The notes under the pieces were generated by a model that saw only the letters and a list, made by a program, of their open reading frames with translations, was not told the origin of the DNA and did not search any database. The translations under genes were made by a program, and so were the position numbers. From Alphaproteobacteria bacterium (GTDB lineage: Bacteria; Pseudomonadota; Alphaproteobacteria; SP197), in assembly GCA_965228895.1 (NCBI GenBank), contig OZ245842.1:2208001-2272000 (forward strand): a DNA stretch of 64,000 bases, written 5' to 3'. Positions 1-11,844 of this stretch are shown here, piece by piece (the stretch's first letter is position 1; each line of letters begins with the position of its first letter).

Positions 1-1
1 C

Positions 2-595
2 TTCACTGAGGCAAGCGATCGTGCGCTTAATCAGGGCGCCAGCGTCTTCAAGCTGGCGGGTGTACCGGTCTCGCGTCGTGAGCGGACCAGCGGTAAGGGC
101 TCGCGCTTTGCCTTCGCGATGGTGTCGGATACCAGCGGGTCCCACGAAATCGTGCTGTTTTCAGAGGTCCTGGCCGCCAGTCGCGACCTACTGGACGACC
201 AAAAGCCGGTTTTGATCGATGCCAGCGCCCGGGTCGACGGCGATACGGTCAAGTTTTCGGCCAATCGGCTGGAACCGCTCGATCAGGCCGCCGCCAGCGC
301 CTCCGCCGCGTTTCAGGTCTGCATTACCGATCCCTGCGCCTTGCCGCGCCTCAGAAACTTCCTGGAAACCGCGGATTCGGGGAAAGGGCGGATCCTTTTG
401 GTGATCGAGCAGGATTCGCGCCGTGTCGAGGTCGCCCTGCCGGATCGTTATGCCCTGTCGCCGGGCTTGCGGAGCTCCATCGAGGCGCTCAACGGGATCG
501 GCGAGGTGATCGACCAGGAAAAGACCTCAGGCAGGCGCCAAACCGCTTGGCGCCCGGATCACCAAACCCTTGAAACCTCGGGCGCGGCGCGCTAA
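2..595 (+). CDS. dnaE: DNA polymerase III alpha subunit, C-terminal part (5'-truncated by window edge)
   Basis: Frame open from position 2: KLAGVPVSRRERTSGKGSRFAFAMVSDTSGSHEIVLFSE is the DnaE OB-fold, followed by the C-terminal domain. Confidence 0.88.
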   Translation, partial: FTEASDRALNQGASVFKLAGVPVSRRERTSGKGSRFAFAMVSDTSGSHEIVLFSEVLAASRDLLDDQKPVLIDASARVDGDTVKFSANRLEPLDQAAASASAAFQVCITDPCALPRLRNFLETADSGKGRILLVIEQDSRRVEVALPDRYALSPGLRSSIEALNGIGEVIDQEKTSGRRQTAWRPDHQTLETSGAAR

Positions 596-598
596 AAG
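570..598 (+). promoter_or_regulatory. Putative sigma70 promoter of rpsB-tsf
   Basis: TTGAAA (570-575), 17 nt, TAAAAG (593-598), directly upstream of the rpsB leader. Confidence 0.5.
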
Positions 599-610
599 CC
601 GCTCCTTAAA

Positions 611-704
611 CCGCACGCGGACCTAAGGCTCCAGGGCTTTGCCCCAGCCATCCGGTGCCGGCTTCGGCCGGTTCTGTCCGCGGAGGCCCAACCGGTAAAG
701 GAGA
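611..704 (+). promoter_or_regulatory. rpsB 5' leader (S2 autoregulatory RNA structure)
   Basis: CGCGGAC (616-622) pairs with GTCCGCG (676-682). Internal C-UUCG-G hairpin at 657-672. CCGGT (652-656) can pair with ACCGG (691-695) next to the SD, forming a pseudoknot. Position matches the known rpsB leader. Confidence 0.65.
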
Positions 705-712
705 CGACATCC

Positions 713-1630
713 ATGGCGATGCCGCAATTTTCTATGCGCCAGCTTCTGGAAGCAGGCGTTCATTTTGGTCACCAGACACGCCGTTGGAACCCGAAGATGG
801 AGCAGTTCATCTTTGGCGAACGCAACGACGTCCACATCATCGACCTGCAGCAGACCGTGCCGATGCTGCGCCACACCTTGCAGACCATCCGCGACGTGGT
901 GGCAGGCGGCGGGCGCGTGCTGTTCGTCGGCACCAAGCGTCAGGCCCAGGATCCGATCGCGGATTCCGCGCGGCGCTGCAGCCAGTACTTCGTCAACCAC
1001 CGCTGGCTCGGTGGCATGATGACGAACTGGAAGACCATCTCGCATTCGATCAAGCGTCTGCGCGATCTGGAAGAGCAACTTGATGGCGATCTGGCCGGCC
1101 TGACCAAGAAAGAGATCCTGAAGATGACCCGCGAGCGCGACAAGCTGGAGCGCGCGCTGGGTGGCATCAAGGACATGGGCGGTTTGCCCGATATCCTGTT
1201 CGTGATCGATACCAACAAGGAAGACATCGCGATCGCGGAAGCCAACAAGCTGGGCATTCCGATTGCCGCGATCATCGACAGCAACTCCGATCCCGACGGT
1301 ATCGCGCTGCCGATCCCCGGCAACGACGACGCAATCCGCGCGATCAATCTCTATTGCGACCTGATCGCTGACGCGGTCCTGGACGGCATTCAGGAAGAAC
1401 TGTCGCAATCGGGCGCCGATCTGGGTGAGTTGGACGCCGTGGCGGAACCGGCCCTTGAGGTTGAGGTCGTGGTTGAAGCCGAGCAGCCGGCAGCCGAGGC
1501 GACGCCGGCCGAAGGAGCGCCCGCCGAGGCCGCTGAAGCCGCGCCGGCAGAAACGCCGGCTCCGGCCGATGAGGCCGCGCCCAAGGCCGATGCCGCCCCC
1601 GCAGCGGCGGAAGAAGAAAAGAAAGACTGA
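713..1630 (+). CDS. rpsB: 30S ribosomal protein S2
   Basis: [39 protein letters not shown]; Ala/Glu/Pro-rich C-terminal tail; SD AAGGAG. Confidence 0.99.
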   Translation: MAMPQFSMRQLLEAGVHFGHQTRRWNPKMEQFIFGERNDVHIIDLQQTVPMLRHTLQTIRDVVAGGGRVLFVGTKRQAQDPIADSARRCSQYFVNHRWLGGMMTNWKTISHSIKRLRDLEEQLDGDLAGLTKKEILKMTRERDKLERALGGIKDMGGLPDILFVIDTNKEDIAIAEANKLGIPIAAIIDSNSDPDGIALPIPGNDDAIRAINLYCDLIADAVLDGIQEELSQSGADLGELDAVAEPALEVEVVVEAEQPAAEATPAEGAPAEAAEAAPAETPAPADEAAPKADAAPAAAEEEKKD

Positions 1631-1701
1631 TGTCGGCGGCCAATCCCGCCGCCTAGCGTGCAGGCAGCGAACCGCCAACCCGACGATAACGGAGAATACC
1701 G

Positions 1702-2637
1702 ATGGCAGAGATTACGGCTGCGCTGGTTAAACAGCTACGCGACAAGACCGGCGCCGGCATGATGGATTGCAAGAAAGCACTTGCCGAAAACGATGGCGAC
1801 ATCGACGCCGCCGTCGACTGGCTGCGCACCAAGGGCCTGGCCGCTGCCGCAAAGAAGGCCGGCCGCGTCGCGTCCGAAGGCCTGGTCGGCGTCGCGGTCA
1901 GCGATGACGGCAAGTCCGGCGCACTGATCGAGATCAACGCCGAGACCGACTTCGTTGCCCGCAACGACACCTTCCAGGCTTTCGTCAGCCAGTGCGCCAC
2001 GCTCGCCTTGGAGAGCGGCGGCGATATCGATCGTTTGGCCGGCATGGCCTATCCCGGCGGTGACGGCTCGGTCCAGGACCATCTGGTCAGCCTGGTCGCG
2101 ACCATCGGCGAGAACATGCAGCTTCGCCGCGCCGGCGCCGTCAGTGTCGATGACGGCGTTGTCGCCAGCTACGTGCACTCGGCCGCCGCGCCGGGCATCG
2201 GTAAGATCGGTGTCCTGGTCGCGCTTGAGTCGACCGGCGATAAGGAAAAGCTCGCGGCGCTTGGCAAACAGCTTGCTATGCACGTTGCCGCCACCAAGCC
2301 GGAGGCCGTCAGTGTCGACGACCTGGATCAGGCCTTGGTCGAGCGCGAGCGCAACGTGCTGGCCGAGCAGGCACGCGAGTCCGGTAAGCCCGAAGAGATC
2401 ATCGCCAAGATGGTCGAGGGACGGCTGCGGAAATTCTATGAGGAAGTCGTGCTGGCCGAGCAGACCTTCGTGATCGACGGCGAGACCCGTATCGCCAAGG
2501 TGCTTGAGGGCGCGACAAAAGACGTCGGTGCGCCGGTGGCAGTCGCCGGTTTCATACGCTTTGGCCTGGGCGAAGGCATCGACAAGAAGGAAGACGATTT
2601 CGCCGCCGAAGTGGCGGCCATGGCAAGCGGTTCCTAA
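1702..2637 (+). CDS. tsf: Elongation factor Ts
   Basis: [27 protein letters not shown]; follows rpsB. Confidence 0.99.
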   Translation: MAEITAALVKQLRDKTGAGMMDCKKALAENDGDIDAAVDWLRTKGLAAAAKKAGRVASEGLVGVAVSDDGKSGALIEINAETDFVARNDTFQAFVSQCATLALESGGDIDRLAGMAYPGGDGSVQDHLVSLVATIGENMQLRRAGAVSVDDGVVASYVHSAAAPGIGKIGVLVALESTGDKEKLAALGKQLAMHVAATKPEAVSVDDLDQALVERERNVLAEQARESGKPEEIIAKMVEGRLRKFYEEVVLAEQTFVIDGETRIAKVLEGATKDVGAPVAVAGFIRFGLGEGIDKKEDDFAAEVAAMASGS

Positions 2638-2778
2638 GTTCGGTTGCCGGCGGGATTGGCGCCATCTTTGCCTCCTGGCTGCCAGCTAGGCGGCGCCGTC
2701 CGATTCCGCTAAGGTCAGCCCCGCTCGCCAGGCACGGTACTGCCGTGACGCGCGGGGCCAAGGACCACCAAGGGGACA

Positions 2779-3519
2779 GTGAGGCTGCGGGTGGGCGCTG
2801 ACTATCATCGTGCGCTGATCAAAATTTCAGGGGAAGCCCTGATGGGCGATCAGCCTTATGGGGTCGATACGGCCCAGGTTGATCGTATTGCCGCCGATGT
2901 CGCCAAGGCGCGGGACTTGGGCGTCCAGATCGGCCTGGTCGTCGGCGGCGGCAATATCTTTCGCGGTGTCGCCGGTGCCGCCCAAGGTATGGAGCGCTCG
3001 ACCGCCGATTACATGGGCATGCTGGCGACGGTCATCAACGCGCTAGCGCTGGAAAACGCGTTGGAGCGGGCCGGGCTCGACGCCCGCGTCCAGTCGGCGA
3101 TCCCGATGCCGACCGTGTGTGAGCCCTATGTCCGGCCCCGTGCGCTCAAACACATGGAAAGCGGCCGTGTCGTCATTTTTGCGGCGGGTACCGGTAACCC
3201 GTTCTTCACGACCGACACGGCAGCGGCGCTGCGTGCCGTCGAGACCAACTGTGACGTCTTTTTGAAGGCGACTCAGGTCGATGGCGTCTATTCTGACGAC
3301 CCGAAGAAAAACCCGCAGGCGGAGAGGTTTGACCGGCTAACCTATCATGAGGTGCTGACTCGCGATTTGAAGGTCATGGACGCGACAGCCATTTCGCTGT
3401 CACGCGAAAACCGTCTGCCTGTGTTGGTCTTTTCGATACACGAGTCCGGTGCCTTGGCCGATGCCTTGGTCGGCAAGGGGCGCCATACCTTGATTACCGA
3501 GGGAGGAGACGGTGGCTGA
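2779..3519 (+). CDS. pyrH: Uridylate kinase
   Basis: [33 protein letters not shown]; GTG start with GGGGA SD. Confidence 0.98.
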   Translation: MRLRVGADYHRALIKISGEALMGDQPYGVDTAQVDRIAADVAKARDLGVQIGLVVGGGNIFRGVAGAAQGMERSTADYMGMLATVINALALENALERAGLDARVQSAIPMPTVCEPYVRPRALKHMESGRVVIFAAGTGNPFFTTDTAAALRAVETNCDVFLKATQVDGVYSDDPKKNPQAERFDRLTYHEVLTRDLKVMDATAISLSRENRLPVLVFSIHESGALADALVGKGRHTLITEGGDGG

Positions 3520-4069
3520 TCCCGATCTTAAAGATCTCAAGCGGCGTATGGACGGCGCTGTCGAGGTACTGAAACGAGAGTTCGCGGGACTGCGAACGGG
3601 CCGAGCGTCCGCGAGCCTGCTGGAGCCCATCACCGTCGAGGCCTATGGCAGCGAGATGCCGATCAATCAGGTGGGCAATATCGGCGTGCCGGAGCCGCGT
3701 CTCCTGACGGTGCAGGTCTGGGACAAGGATCTGGTCAAGAAAGTCGAAAACGCGATCCGCAACTCCGATCTCGGTCTCAACCCCCAGACCGACGGTCAGT
3801 TGGTGCGTATCCCCATTCCTCAGCTTGATGAAGAGCGCCGCGGCGATCTGTCGAAGATCGCCGCCAAGTACGCCGAGCAGGCAAAGATCGCGGTTCGCAA
3901 CGTGCGCCGCGACGGTATGGATCTGCTAAAGCGGATGGAAAAGGACGGCGAGATGTCGAAGGACGAGCATCATCTGTGGTCCGACGAGATCCAGCAGTTG
4001 ACCGACAAAGAAGCCGAAAAGATCGACGGTCTGCTTGAGACCAAACAAGCCGAGATCATGCAGGTTTGA
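3512..4069 (+). CDS. frr: Ribosome recycling factor
   Basis: [15 protein letters not shown]; conserved synteny. Confidence 0.98.
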   Translation: MADPDLKDLKRRMDGAVEVLKREFAGLRTGRASASLLEPITVEAYGSEMPINQVGNIGVPEPRLLTVQVWDKDLVKKVENAIRNSDLGLNPQTDGQLVRIPIPQLDEERRGDLSKIAAKYAEQAKIAVRNVRRDGMDLLKRMEKDGEMSKDEHHLWSDEIQQLTDKEAEKIDGLLETKQAEIMQV

Positions 4070-4812
4070 CAGGCGTCATGGAGTCCGCCCACCAGTTCGA
4101 TGAGGAGACCGAATCCCCGGAGCACGTGGCCGTCATCATGGACGGCAACGGCCGGTGGGCGCGCTCACGCGGCTTGCCGCGCATCGCTGGTCATAAGGCA
4201 GGAGCCGAAGCGGTGCGCCGGACAATCAAGGCGTGCCGCGTCCTCGGCGTGTCGCACCTGACCCTGTTTGCGTTTTCATCGGAGAACTGGAAGCGTCCGG
4301 CTGATGAGGTCGACGACCTCATGGGTTTGCTCCGGTTCTATATCCGCAAAGAAGTTGAAGAGCTCGACAGACAGGGCGTCTCGATACGTTTCATCGGTGC
4401 CGATGACGGATTGCCCGAAGACATCCTGAAACTGATTCGCGATACCGAACGAGCCACCCGCGGTAACCGCAACCTGGTCCTGACCGTGGCCTTGAACTAT
4501 GGCAGCCGGGATGAACTGACACGCGCCGCGCGCGCGATCGCCAAGGACGTGGCTGATGGCACTATGACGCCGGACGATGTCGATGAAGCCGCGATAGCGC
4601 AGCGTCTGGATACCCTCGGCATGCCCGATCCCGACCTGATCATCAGGACCAGCGGTGAGCAGCGGTTGAGCAACTTTCTGCTGTGGCAGGCGGCCTATGC
4701 CGAACTGGTGTTCAGTCAGGTCATGTGGCCGGACTTTGACCACGAGGCCCTGAAGAGCGCGATTGACGAGTATCAGCGCCGTGAGCGCCGGTATGGCGCG
4801 GTGACCGGCTGA
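4066..4812 (+). CDS. uppS: Undecaprenyl diphosphate synthase (start may be ATG 4078)
   Basis: [38 protein letters not shown]. Confidence 0.97.
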   Translation: MTGVMESAHQFDEETESPEHVAVIMDGNGRWARSRGLPRIAGHKAGAEAVRRTIKACRVLGVSHLTLFAFSSENWKRPADEVDDLMGLLRFYIRKEVEELDRQGVSIRFIGADDGLPEDILKLIRDTERATRGNRNLVLTVALNYGSRDELTRAARAIAKDVADGTMTPDDVDEAAIAQRLDTLGMPDPDLIIRTSGEQRLSNFLLWQAAYAELVFSQVMWPDFDHEALKSAIDEYQRRERRYGAVTG

Positions 4813-4823
4813 CGACCGCCTCC

Positions 4824-5618
4824 GTGCTGCTCAAACGCATCATGTCCGCCCTGATCATGATCCCGTTGGCCGTGGCCGCCGTGCTGCTTGGCGGCTGGTG
4901 GTTCGCGGGCGCCGCCCTGATTGTTGGCGCGATGGCGCTCTACGAATGGTTCGGGGTGACGGGTGCCAAGGCGTTGTGGGCGGCAACGGCGGCGTTGATT
5001 GCGATCTGGGTCGCCATCGCCGCCCATGGCAGCGTCGCACTGTCCGCTTACCTGCTCATCATGGGTGCCATTGGCAGTGCGTTCATATGTCTGGTGCGCG
5101 GCGGCGAGGACACTGCCAAATGGGTGGCCATCGGCTTGGCTTATGTGTCCGTTCCCATGGTGGCGTTTATCTGGTTGATCGAGACGCCAGCCGGAAGCTG
5201 GTTGATCTTGTGGCTTTTCGTTGTTGTTTGGGTGACGGATGCCGCTGCCTATGCGACAGGCCGGCTGATCGGCGGTCCTAAACTGGCGCCGGCGATCAGT
5301 CCCGGCAAGACCTGGGCAGGTGCCATTGGTGGGCTGGTCTTCGCGGTGGTTGCGGCTTTCGTTGCCACGCCCTACCTGCTGATCATGGAAACGCGCGACG
5401 CCATCATCCTTGCCGCTTCGATGTCGGTCGTCTCGCAACTAGGCGATCTCGCTGAATCCTGGGTTAAGCGCCGGTTCAACAAGAAGGACTCCGGCTCCCT
5501 GATTCCAGGTCATGGCGGTGTCATGGACCGTGTTGACGGCTTGGTCGCCGCTGGGCCGGTTTTGGCCATCGTCGTTGCGGTCAGCCCAAGCCTTGCCGCC
5601 GCCGCCGGTGCGTCGTGA
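4824..5618 (+). CDS. cdsA: Phosphatidate cytidylyltransferase
   Basis: Polytopic membrane protein with SPGKTWAG and KDSGSLIPGHGGVMDRVD. Confidence 0.96.
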   Translation: MLLKRIMSALIMIPLAVAAVLLGGWWFAGAALIVGAMALYEWFGVTGAKALWAATAALIAIWVAIAAHGSVALSAYLLIMGAIGSAFICLVRGGEDTAKWVAIGLAYVSVPMVAFIWLIETPAGSWLILWLFVVVWVTDAAAYATGRLIGGPKLAPAISPGKTWAGAIGGLVFAVVAAFVATPYLLIMETRDAIILAASMSVVSQLGDLAESWVKRRFNKKDSGSLIPGHGGVMDRVDGLVAAGPVLAIVVAVSPSLAAAAGAS

Positions 5619-6781
5619 CGGAAGCGGCGCGGAGCGTCACGATTCTGGGCGTGACCGGATCGGTCGGCCGCAACACCGCCGATCTGATCCAGCGTGATCG
5701 CGACCGGTTCACCGTCGAGGCGGTCACCGCCAACGAGAGCGTCGATCAACTGGCGTGCATGGCCCGCGCCTTAGGCGCGCGCTGTGCCGTCATCGGTAAC
5801 GGCGACCGGTATCAAGCGCTGCGTGATGCCCTGGACGGCTCCGGCATTGAAGCGATGGCTGGTCCTGAGGCTATTGTCGAGGCGGCCGACCGGCCGTCGG
5901 ACTGGCTGATGGGTGCGATAAGCGGCGCGGCGGGGCTCAATCCCATTCTGGCTGCCATCAGGCGTGGCGCTCTTGTTGCCCTTGCCAACAAGGAAGCGCT
6001 GGTCTGTGCGGGCGATCTCGTGATGGACGAAGTCGCCGCATCGGGTGCCCGCCTTCTGCCGGTCGATTCAGAGCACAACGCGATCTATCAGGTTTTCGAT
6101 TTCGACCAGACCGCCAAGGTCGACACGTTGATTCTGACCGCGTCCGGCGGTCCATTTCGGACCTGGACCAGAGAAGCGATGGCGAGTGCGACGCCAGAGC
6201 AGGCGGTCGCGCACCCCAATTGGCAGATGGGCGACAAGATTTCGGTCGATTCCGCGACCATGATGAACAAGGGACTGGAGCTGATCGAGGCTTATCACCT
6301 GTTCCCGGTCGACGAGAGCCAGATCGAGATCGTTGTGCATCCGCAGTCAGTTATCCACAGCATGGTCAGCTATGTTGACGGTTCTGTGCTGGCGCAACTG
6401 GGGACGCCCGACATGCGCACCCCGATTGCCTATACCCTGGCCTGGCCCGCCCGGATGGTCGGTCCCAGCCAACGCCTCAATTTCGCTCAGATTGGTAGCC
6501 TAACTTTCGAAGTGCCTGATATTGAACGATTCCCGGCGTTGAAGTTGGCACGCCAAGCCTTGCAATTGGGAGGGTCGGCTCCTACTATCCTGAACGCGGC
6601 AGACGAGGTTGCGGTGGCCGGATTCCTGGCGGAAAAGATCGGGTTTCTGGACATTGTGAACGTTGTCGGTCAGACGTTGGAGCTTGTGGCGGCCCGGCCT
6701 CTGGAATCGTTGGACGATGTGGGCGAGGTTGACGCAGAAGCACGGTGCGTAGCGCGGACCCTAATCGGCAAACTTTGTTGA
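5615..6781 (+). CDS. dxr: 1-deoxy-D-xylulose 5-phosphate reductoisomerase
   Basis: LANKEALV, LPVDSEHNA, HPNWQMG, NKGLELIEA. Confidence 0.98.
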   Translation: MTEAARSVTILGVTGSVGRNTADLIQRDRDRFTVEAVTANESVDQLACMARALGARCAVIGNGDRYQALRDALDGSGIEAMAGPEAIVEAADRPSDWLMGAISGAAGLNPILAAIRRGALVALANKEALVCAGDLVMDEVAASGARLLPVDSEHNAIYQVFDFDQTAKVDTLILTASGGPFRTWTREAMASATPEQAVAHPNWQMGDKISVDSATMMNKGLELIEAYHLFPVDESQIEIVVHPQSVIHSMVSYVDGSVLAQLGTPDMRTPIAYTLAWPARMVGPSQRLNFAQIGSLTFEVPDIERFPALKLARQALQLGGSAPTILNAADEVAVAGFLAEKIGFLDIVNVVGQTLELVAARPLESLDDVGEVDAEARCVARTLIGKLC

Positions 6782-6805
6782 AACTGAAGGTAACGGCGGT
6801 TCACG

Positions 6806-7936
6806 ATGGAGCTCTTTGAGACCGTTTGGTCATATGCCGTTCCCTTTCTCGTGGTCATCACGGTCATCGTTTTCTTCCACGAGCTCGGTCATTACCTGTT
6901 TGCGCGCCTGAACGGCGTCAGGGTCGAGGTGTTCTCGATCGGATTCGGGCGCGAGCTGTTCGGCTGGAACGACAGCCACGGCACGCGCTGGAAGGTCGCG
7001 ATCCTGCCTCTGGGCGGCTACGTCAAGATGTTCGGGCAGAGTGATGTCGGCCCGGATGGTGACGGTTCGGAGAACTGGACCGAACAGCAGAAGGCCGAAG
7101 CGTTTCCCAACAAGACGGTAATGCAGCGCTTTTGGGTCGTCCTGGGCGGCCCGCTGGCCAATTTCATCCTGGCAATCGTTTTGTTTGCCGGTGTCTTTGC
7201 CTTTGTCGGACGCAGCGAGACGCTCCCGGAAGCCAGTGTCGTACTGGAGGACAGCGCCGCCGAGCGTGCCGGCATCCAGGCCGGCGACATGATCGTCGCC
7301 ATCGACGGCCAGCTCATCGAGCGCTTTGACGACCTGCAATACATGATCAGCACCCGGCCGGGCGTCCCGTTGAGCGTTGAGGTTTTGCGCGATGGCGAGA
7401 CCGTCAGGCTGGAGGTCGTGCCCGACGCGGTGATGGAGGTCGATGACCTTGGCAACGAACGCGAAGTCGGCCGGCTGGGCATCAGCACCACCAGTGTCAT
7501 TTTCGAGCGTGTGCCCGTGGGCGAAGCCATCTGGGGCGGTGTCGAGGAGACGCTCCGTTGGACGACCCGGATCTTCGATTTTCTGGGGCAGGTGATCACC
7601 GGCAATCAGAGTTCGAAGGACTTGGCCGGTCCCCTGGGCATAGCACAGATGTCGGGAACGGTGGCTGAGTACGGGGTTGCCAACCTTGTGATGTTCATGG
7701 CCATTTTGTCGGTGAATCTGGGTCTGATTAATCTATTTCCGATTCCGATGCTCGACGGCGGCCATTTGCTGTTCTACATCATCGAGGCCGTGAGGGGTCG
7801 GCCACTGAGTGAACGAGCGCAGGAGTACGGTTTCATGGTGGGTTTAGGACTGGTGGGGGCCCTGTTCCTTTTTGTCACCTTCAATGATCTGACGCGCTTT
7901 GGCCTTGTAGATTACCTCTCCCGACTGGTGTCTTAG
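6806..7936 (+). CDS. rseP: RIP metalloprotease RseP
   Basis: HELGH, PDZ domain, NLFPIPMLDGG. Confidence 0.97.
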   Translation: MELFETVWSYAVPFLVVITVIVFFHELGHYLFARLNGVRVEVFSIGFGRELFGWNDSHGTRWKVAILPLGGYVKMFGQSDVGPDGDGSENWTEQQKAEAFPNKTVMQRFWVVLGGPLANFILAIVLFAGVFAFVGRSETLPEASVVLEDSAAERAGIQAGDMIVAIDGQLIERFDDLQYMISTRPGVPLSVEVLRDGETVRLEVVPDAVMEVDDLGNEREVGRLGISTTSVIFERVPVGEAIWGGVEETLRWTTRIFDFLGQVITGNQSSKDLAGPLGIAQMSGTVAEYGVANLVMFMAILSVNLGLINLFPIPMLDGGHLLFYIIEAVRGRPLSERAQEYGFMVGLGLVGALFLFVTFNDLTRFGLVDYLSRLVS

Positions 7937-7945
7937 GTCTTCGTC

Positions 7946-10237
7946 GTGGCGGGAGGATCTGTTCTGCGAGGCGCGCTATGCCTCTTTCTGGCATGGCTGG
8001 TTTTTGCCGGCACCGCGCCGTCGAGCGCTCAGGCTCAGACGTCGCAGATCATTGAACAGATCGTTGTTGAGGGTAATCAGCGTATCGAGCCGGAGACGAT
8101 CGCCGGCTACATGACGATCCAAGCCGGTGATGCCTTTGATCTGCGCCGCATCGACGAGTCCCTGAAAAGCCTGTTTGCGACCGGCCTTTTCGCCGACATC
8201 AACATCCGCCGTGAGGGCGACGATCTGGTCGTGCGCGTGGTCGAAAACCCGATCATCAATCGGATTGCTTTTGAAGGTAACCAGTCGATCGATTCCGAAG
8301 AGTTGGAAGCCGAGATTCAGCTTCGCCCACGCACGGTTTACACACGCACCAAGGTGCAAAACGACGTCGCCCGCATCCTGGAAGTCTACCGCCGTGACGG
8401 CCGCTTCTCGGCGACTGTCGAACCAAAGGTCATTCGCCAGGATCAAAACCGTGTCGATCTGGTGTTCGAGATCGACGAAGGCGAGCCGACCCTGATCCGC
8501 GAAATCAACTTTATCGGCAACATCGAGTATTCCGACAGCACGCTGCGCGAGCAGATCATTACGAAAGAATCGGCCTGGTACCGTTTCCTTTCGAGCGACG
8601 ATACCTATGACCCCGACAGGTTGGCCTTCGACCGCGAACTTCTGCGGCGCTTCTATTTGTCGGAAGGTTTCGCAGATTTTCGCGTCGTGTCCGTTGTGGC
8701 CGACCTGACGCCAGATCGCGAGGACTTCTTCATCACCTTCACGATCGAAGAGGGGCCGCGCTACGAATTCGGTGAGGTCACGGTAGTCAGCGAGTTGCGC
8801 GGCGTCGAGGCCGAGGAGGTCGAAGGTCTGATCGAGACCGATCCTGGCGACTGGTATGATGCTGACGAGGTTGAAGAGGTCGTCGACAGCATCACTGAAG
8901 ATCTGGGTGCTAAGGGTTTCGCCTTCGTCGATGTCGTGCCGCGGGCCGAGCGCGATCGCGAAAACCTGTTGGTCAACGTGGAGTACCTGATCCGCGAAGG
9001 GTCGCGAATCTACGTCGAGAGGATCAACATCTTCGGCAACGTGCGAACGCACGATGAGGTGATCCGTCGCGAGTTCAAACTGGCTGAAGGCGACGCGTTC
9101 AACGTTGCACGGCTTCGTCGCTCCGAGACCCGGGTGCGCGGCCTCGACTTCTTCAGCGAGGTTGTTGTAACGACCGAGCCGGGAACGCAGCCTGACACGG
9201 TGATCATCAACACGGAGGTGGTCGAAAAGTCGACCGGTGACCTGACTTTGGGTGCGGGTTTCTCGACCTTTGACAATCTGTTGTTCAATGTGTCGCTGCG
9301 TGAACGAAACCTGTTGGGTGAAGGTCAGACGCTCGTCATCTCATTGGCGCTGTCCGGTCGCCGGCAAGACATTGATCTCAGCTTTACCGAGCCTTATTTC
9401 CTCGACCGCGAACTTGAGGCCGGCTTCGACGTGTTCCGGCGGCGATTGGATCTGCAGGATGAGGCATCTTTCACCCAAGAAAACTTAGGCTTTGTTCTGC
9501 GCACCAAGTTCCCGATCACCGAACACTTGGATAACACCTGGTACTATACGTTGAATGAGGTAACGATCTCGGATGTCGAGTCCGATGCATCACGGCTGAT
9601 CCAGGAACAGGAAGGAACGGCCCTGACGTCGGCAATCGGTCAGCAGCTTGACTATGACCGGCGCGATGACCCGCTGAACCCGACGAGCGGTTACCTGCTG
9701 CAACAGGGTACCGATTTCGCCGGTCTGGGTGGCGACGTGAAGTATCTGCGCAACCGGTTGGGTGCGACCTACTATTATCCGTTCGCGGTTGATTGGACGG
9801 GTATTGCGAAGACGGAGGTGGGTTACATCGAAGGCCTGTTCGATGAGGATGTCCGGATCAACGATCGCTTCTTCGTTGGTGGTGCCAGCCTGCGCGGTTT
9901 TGAGCCGGCCGGTATTGGCCCCCGCGACCTGACCACCGATGACGCCTTGGGCGGCAACTTCTTCTGGACTGGCTCATTGGAGTTGACCGTGCCGCTTGGT
10001 CTGCCCAAGGAATTGGGTTTGACCGGCAGCGTCTTCACTGACTGGGGCACACTTTATGATTCGGACTCGAGCGGTCCTGAGGTCGTCGACGACAAGTCGG
10101 TCCGCGGCTCTGTCGGCATTGGCCTGGCCTATCAGTCGCCGTTCGGTCCGTTGCGTTTGGATTTTGCCCAGGCGGTCGTCGACGAAGACTATGATAAGAC
10201 TGAGTTCTTTAGGTTTAGCTTCGGGACCTCGTTCTGA
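7946..10237 (+). CDS. bamA: Outer membrane protein assembly factor BamA
   Basis: Signal peptide, POTRA repeats (VEGNQRIE), LRGF motif, SPFGP, C-terminal Phe. Confidence 0.98.
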   Translation: MAGGSVLRGALCLFLAWLVFAGTAPSSAQAQTSQIIEQIVVEGNQRIEPETIAGYMTIQAGDAFDLRRIDESLKSLFATGLFADINIRREGDDLVVRVVENPIINRIAFEGNQSIDSEELEAEIQLRPRTVYTRTKVQNDVARILEVYRRDGRFSATVEPKVIRQDQNRVDLVFEIDEGEPTLIREINFIGNIEYSDSTLREQIITKESAWYRFLSSDDTYDPDRLAFDRELLRRFYLSEGFADFRVVSVVADLTPDREDFFITFTIEEGPRYEFGEVTVVSELRGVEAEEVEGLIETDPGDWYDADEVEEVVDSITEDLGAKGFAFVDVVPRAERDRENLLVNVEYLIREGSRIYVERINIFGNVRTHDEVIRREFKLAEGDAFNVARLRRSETRVRGLDFFSEVVVTTEPGTQPDTVIINTEVVEKSTGDLTLGAGFSTFDNLLFNVSLRERNLLGEGQTLVISLALSGRRQDIDLSFTEPYFLDRELEAGFDVFRRRLDLQDEASFTQENLGFVLRTKFPITEHLDNTWYYTLNEVTISDVESDASRLIQEQEGTALTSAIGQQLDYDRRDDPLNPTSGYLLQQGTDFAGLGGDVKYLRNRLGATYYYPFAVDWTGIAKTEVGYIEGLFDEDVRINDRFFVGGASLRGFEPAGIGPRDLTTDDALGGNFFWTGSLELTVPLGLPKELGLTGSVFTDWGTLYDSDSSGPEVVDDKSVRGSVGIGLAYQSPFGPLRLDFAQAVVDEDYDKTEFFRFSFGTSF

Positions 10238-10818
10238 TGCGCGGGTCGGCATCGACACGGCGAACCTATGGACTGCTATTCGCTTGTGCATTGTTTGCGG
10301 CGGTCGGGGGATTGGTGGCGACGCCCGCACTTGCCCAAGAGGCCCAACCGACGGTCATCGCAGTGGCGGATGTTCAGCGCCTTTTGCGCGAGTCGACCGC
10401 TGGCGCGAGTTTGGAGGGGCAGCTGACCGAGATGCGGGCATCGCTCGCTGCCCTCGTTGCCGAGCGCGAGCAGGCGCTGCGACAGCAAGAGCAGGAACTT
10501 CAAGAGCAGTCTTCGATCCTGGCACCGGAGACATTTGCCGAACGTCGGCGAGCCTTTGAAGAGGACGTGATCGAGTTCCAACGCGACGTGCGCGAACGCC
10601 AACGCACGGTGGATGAGGCATATGGCGAGGGCCTCAACCAGATTCGCTTGGCGATCATCGAGATCCTGCAGCAGATGGTCGAAGAGCGCGGCTATGATCT
10701 CATTCTGCCCCAAGCACAGATACTGGTTGGAAGCCGTGAACTCGACATCACCGATGACGTGTTGACCGAATTGGACCGGCGGGTGCCGACCATCACCATA
10801 AGCATCGAAGAGAACTGA
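10237..10818 (+). CDS. skp: OmpH/Skp family periplasmic chaperone
   Basis: Signal peptide, IAVAD, coiled coil, DITDDVL; located between bamA and lpxD. Confidence 0.88.
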   Translation: MRGSASTRRTYGLLFACALFAAVGGLVATPALAQEAQPTVIAVADVQRLLRESTAGASLEGQLTEMRASLAALVAEREQALRQQEQELQEQSSILAPETFAERRRAFEEDVIEFQRDVRERQRTVDEAYGEGLNQIRLAIIEILQQMVEERGYDLILPQAQILVGSRELDITDDVLTELDRRVPTITISIEEN

Positions 10819-10819
10819 C

Positions 10820-11836
<1,017 letters not shown>

Positions 11837-11844
11837 ATGGGGGC

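Noticed and set aside
1430-1630. Ala/Glu/Pro low-complexity tail of S2
   Set aside because: Common C-terminal extension of S2 proteins.
623-1678. Long antisense or alternate-frame ORFs (e.g. 623-1678, 33937-35412, 37283-38776, 38827-40056, 40458-41651)
   Set aside because: Shadow ORFs of conserved genes, expected from high-GC codon bias; no recognisable motifs.
6546-6564. TGGCACG...TTGCA inside dxr, resembling a sigma54 promoter
   Set aside because: GG-to-GC spacing is 13 nt rather than the required 10.
6590-6610. Dxr NAADE instead of the usual NAANE
   Set aside because: A single conservative change; the main catalytic motifs (DSEH, NKGLE) are intact.
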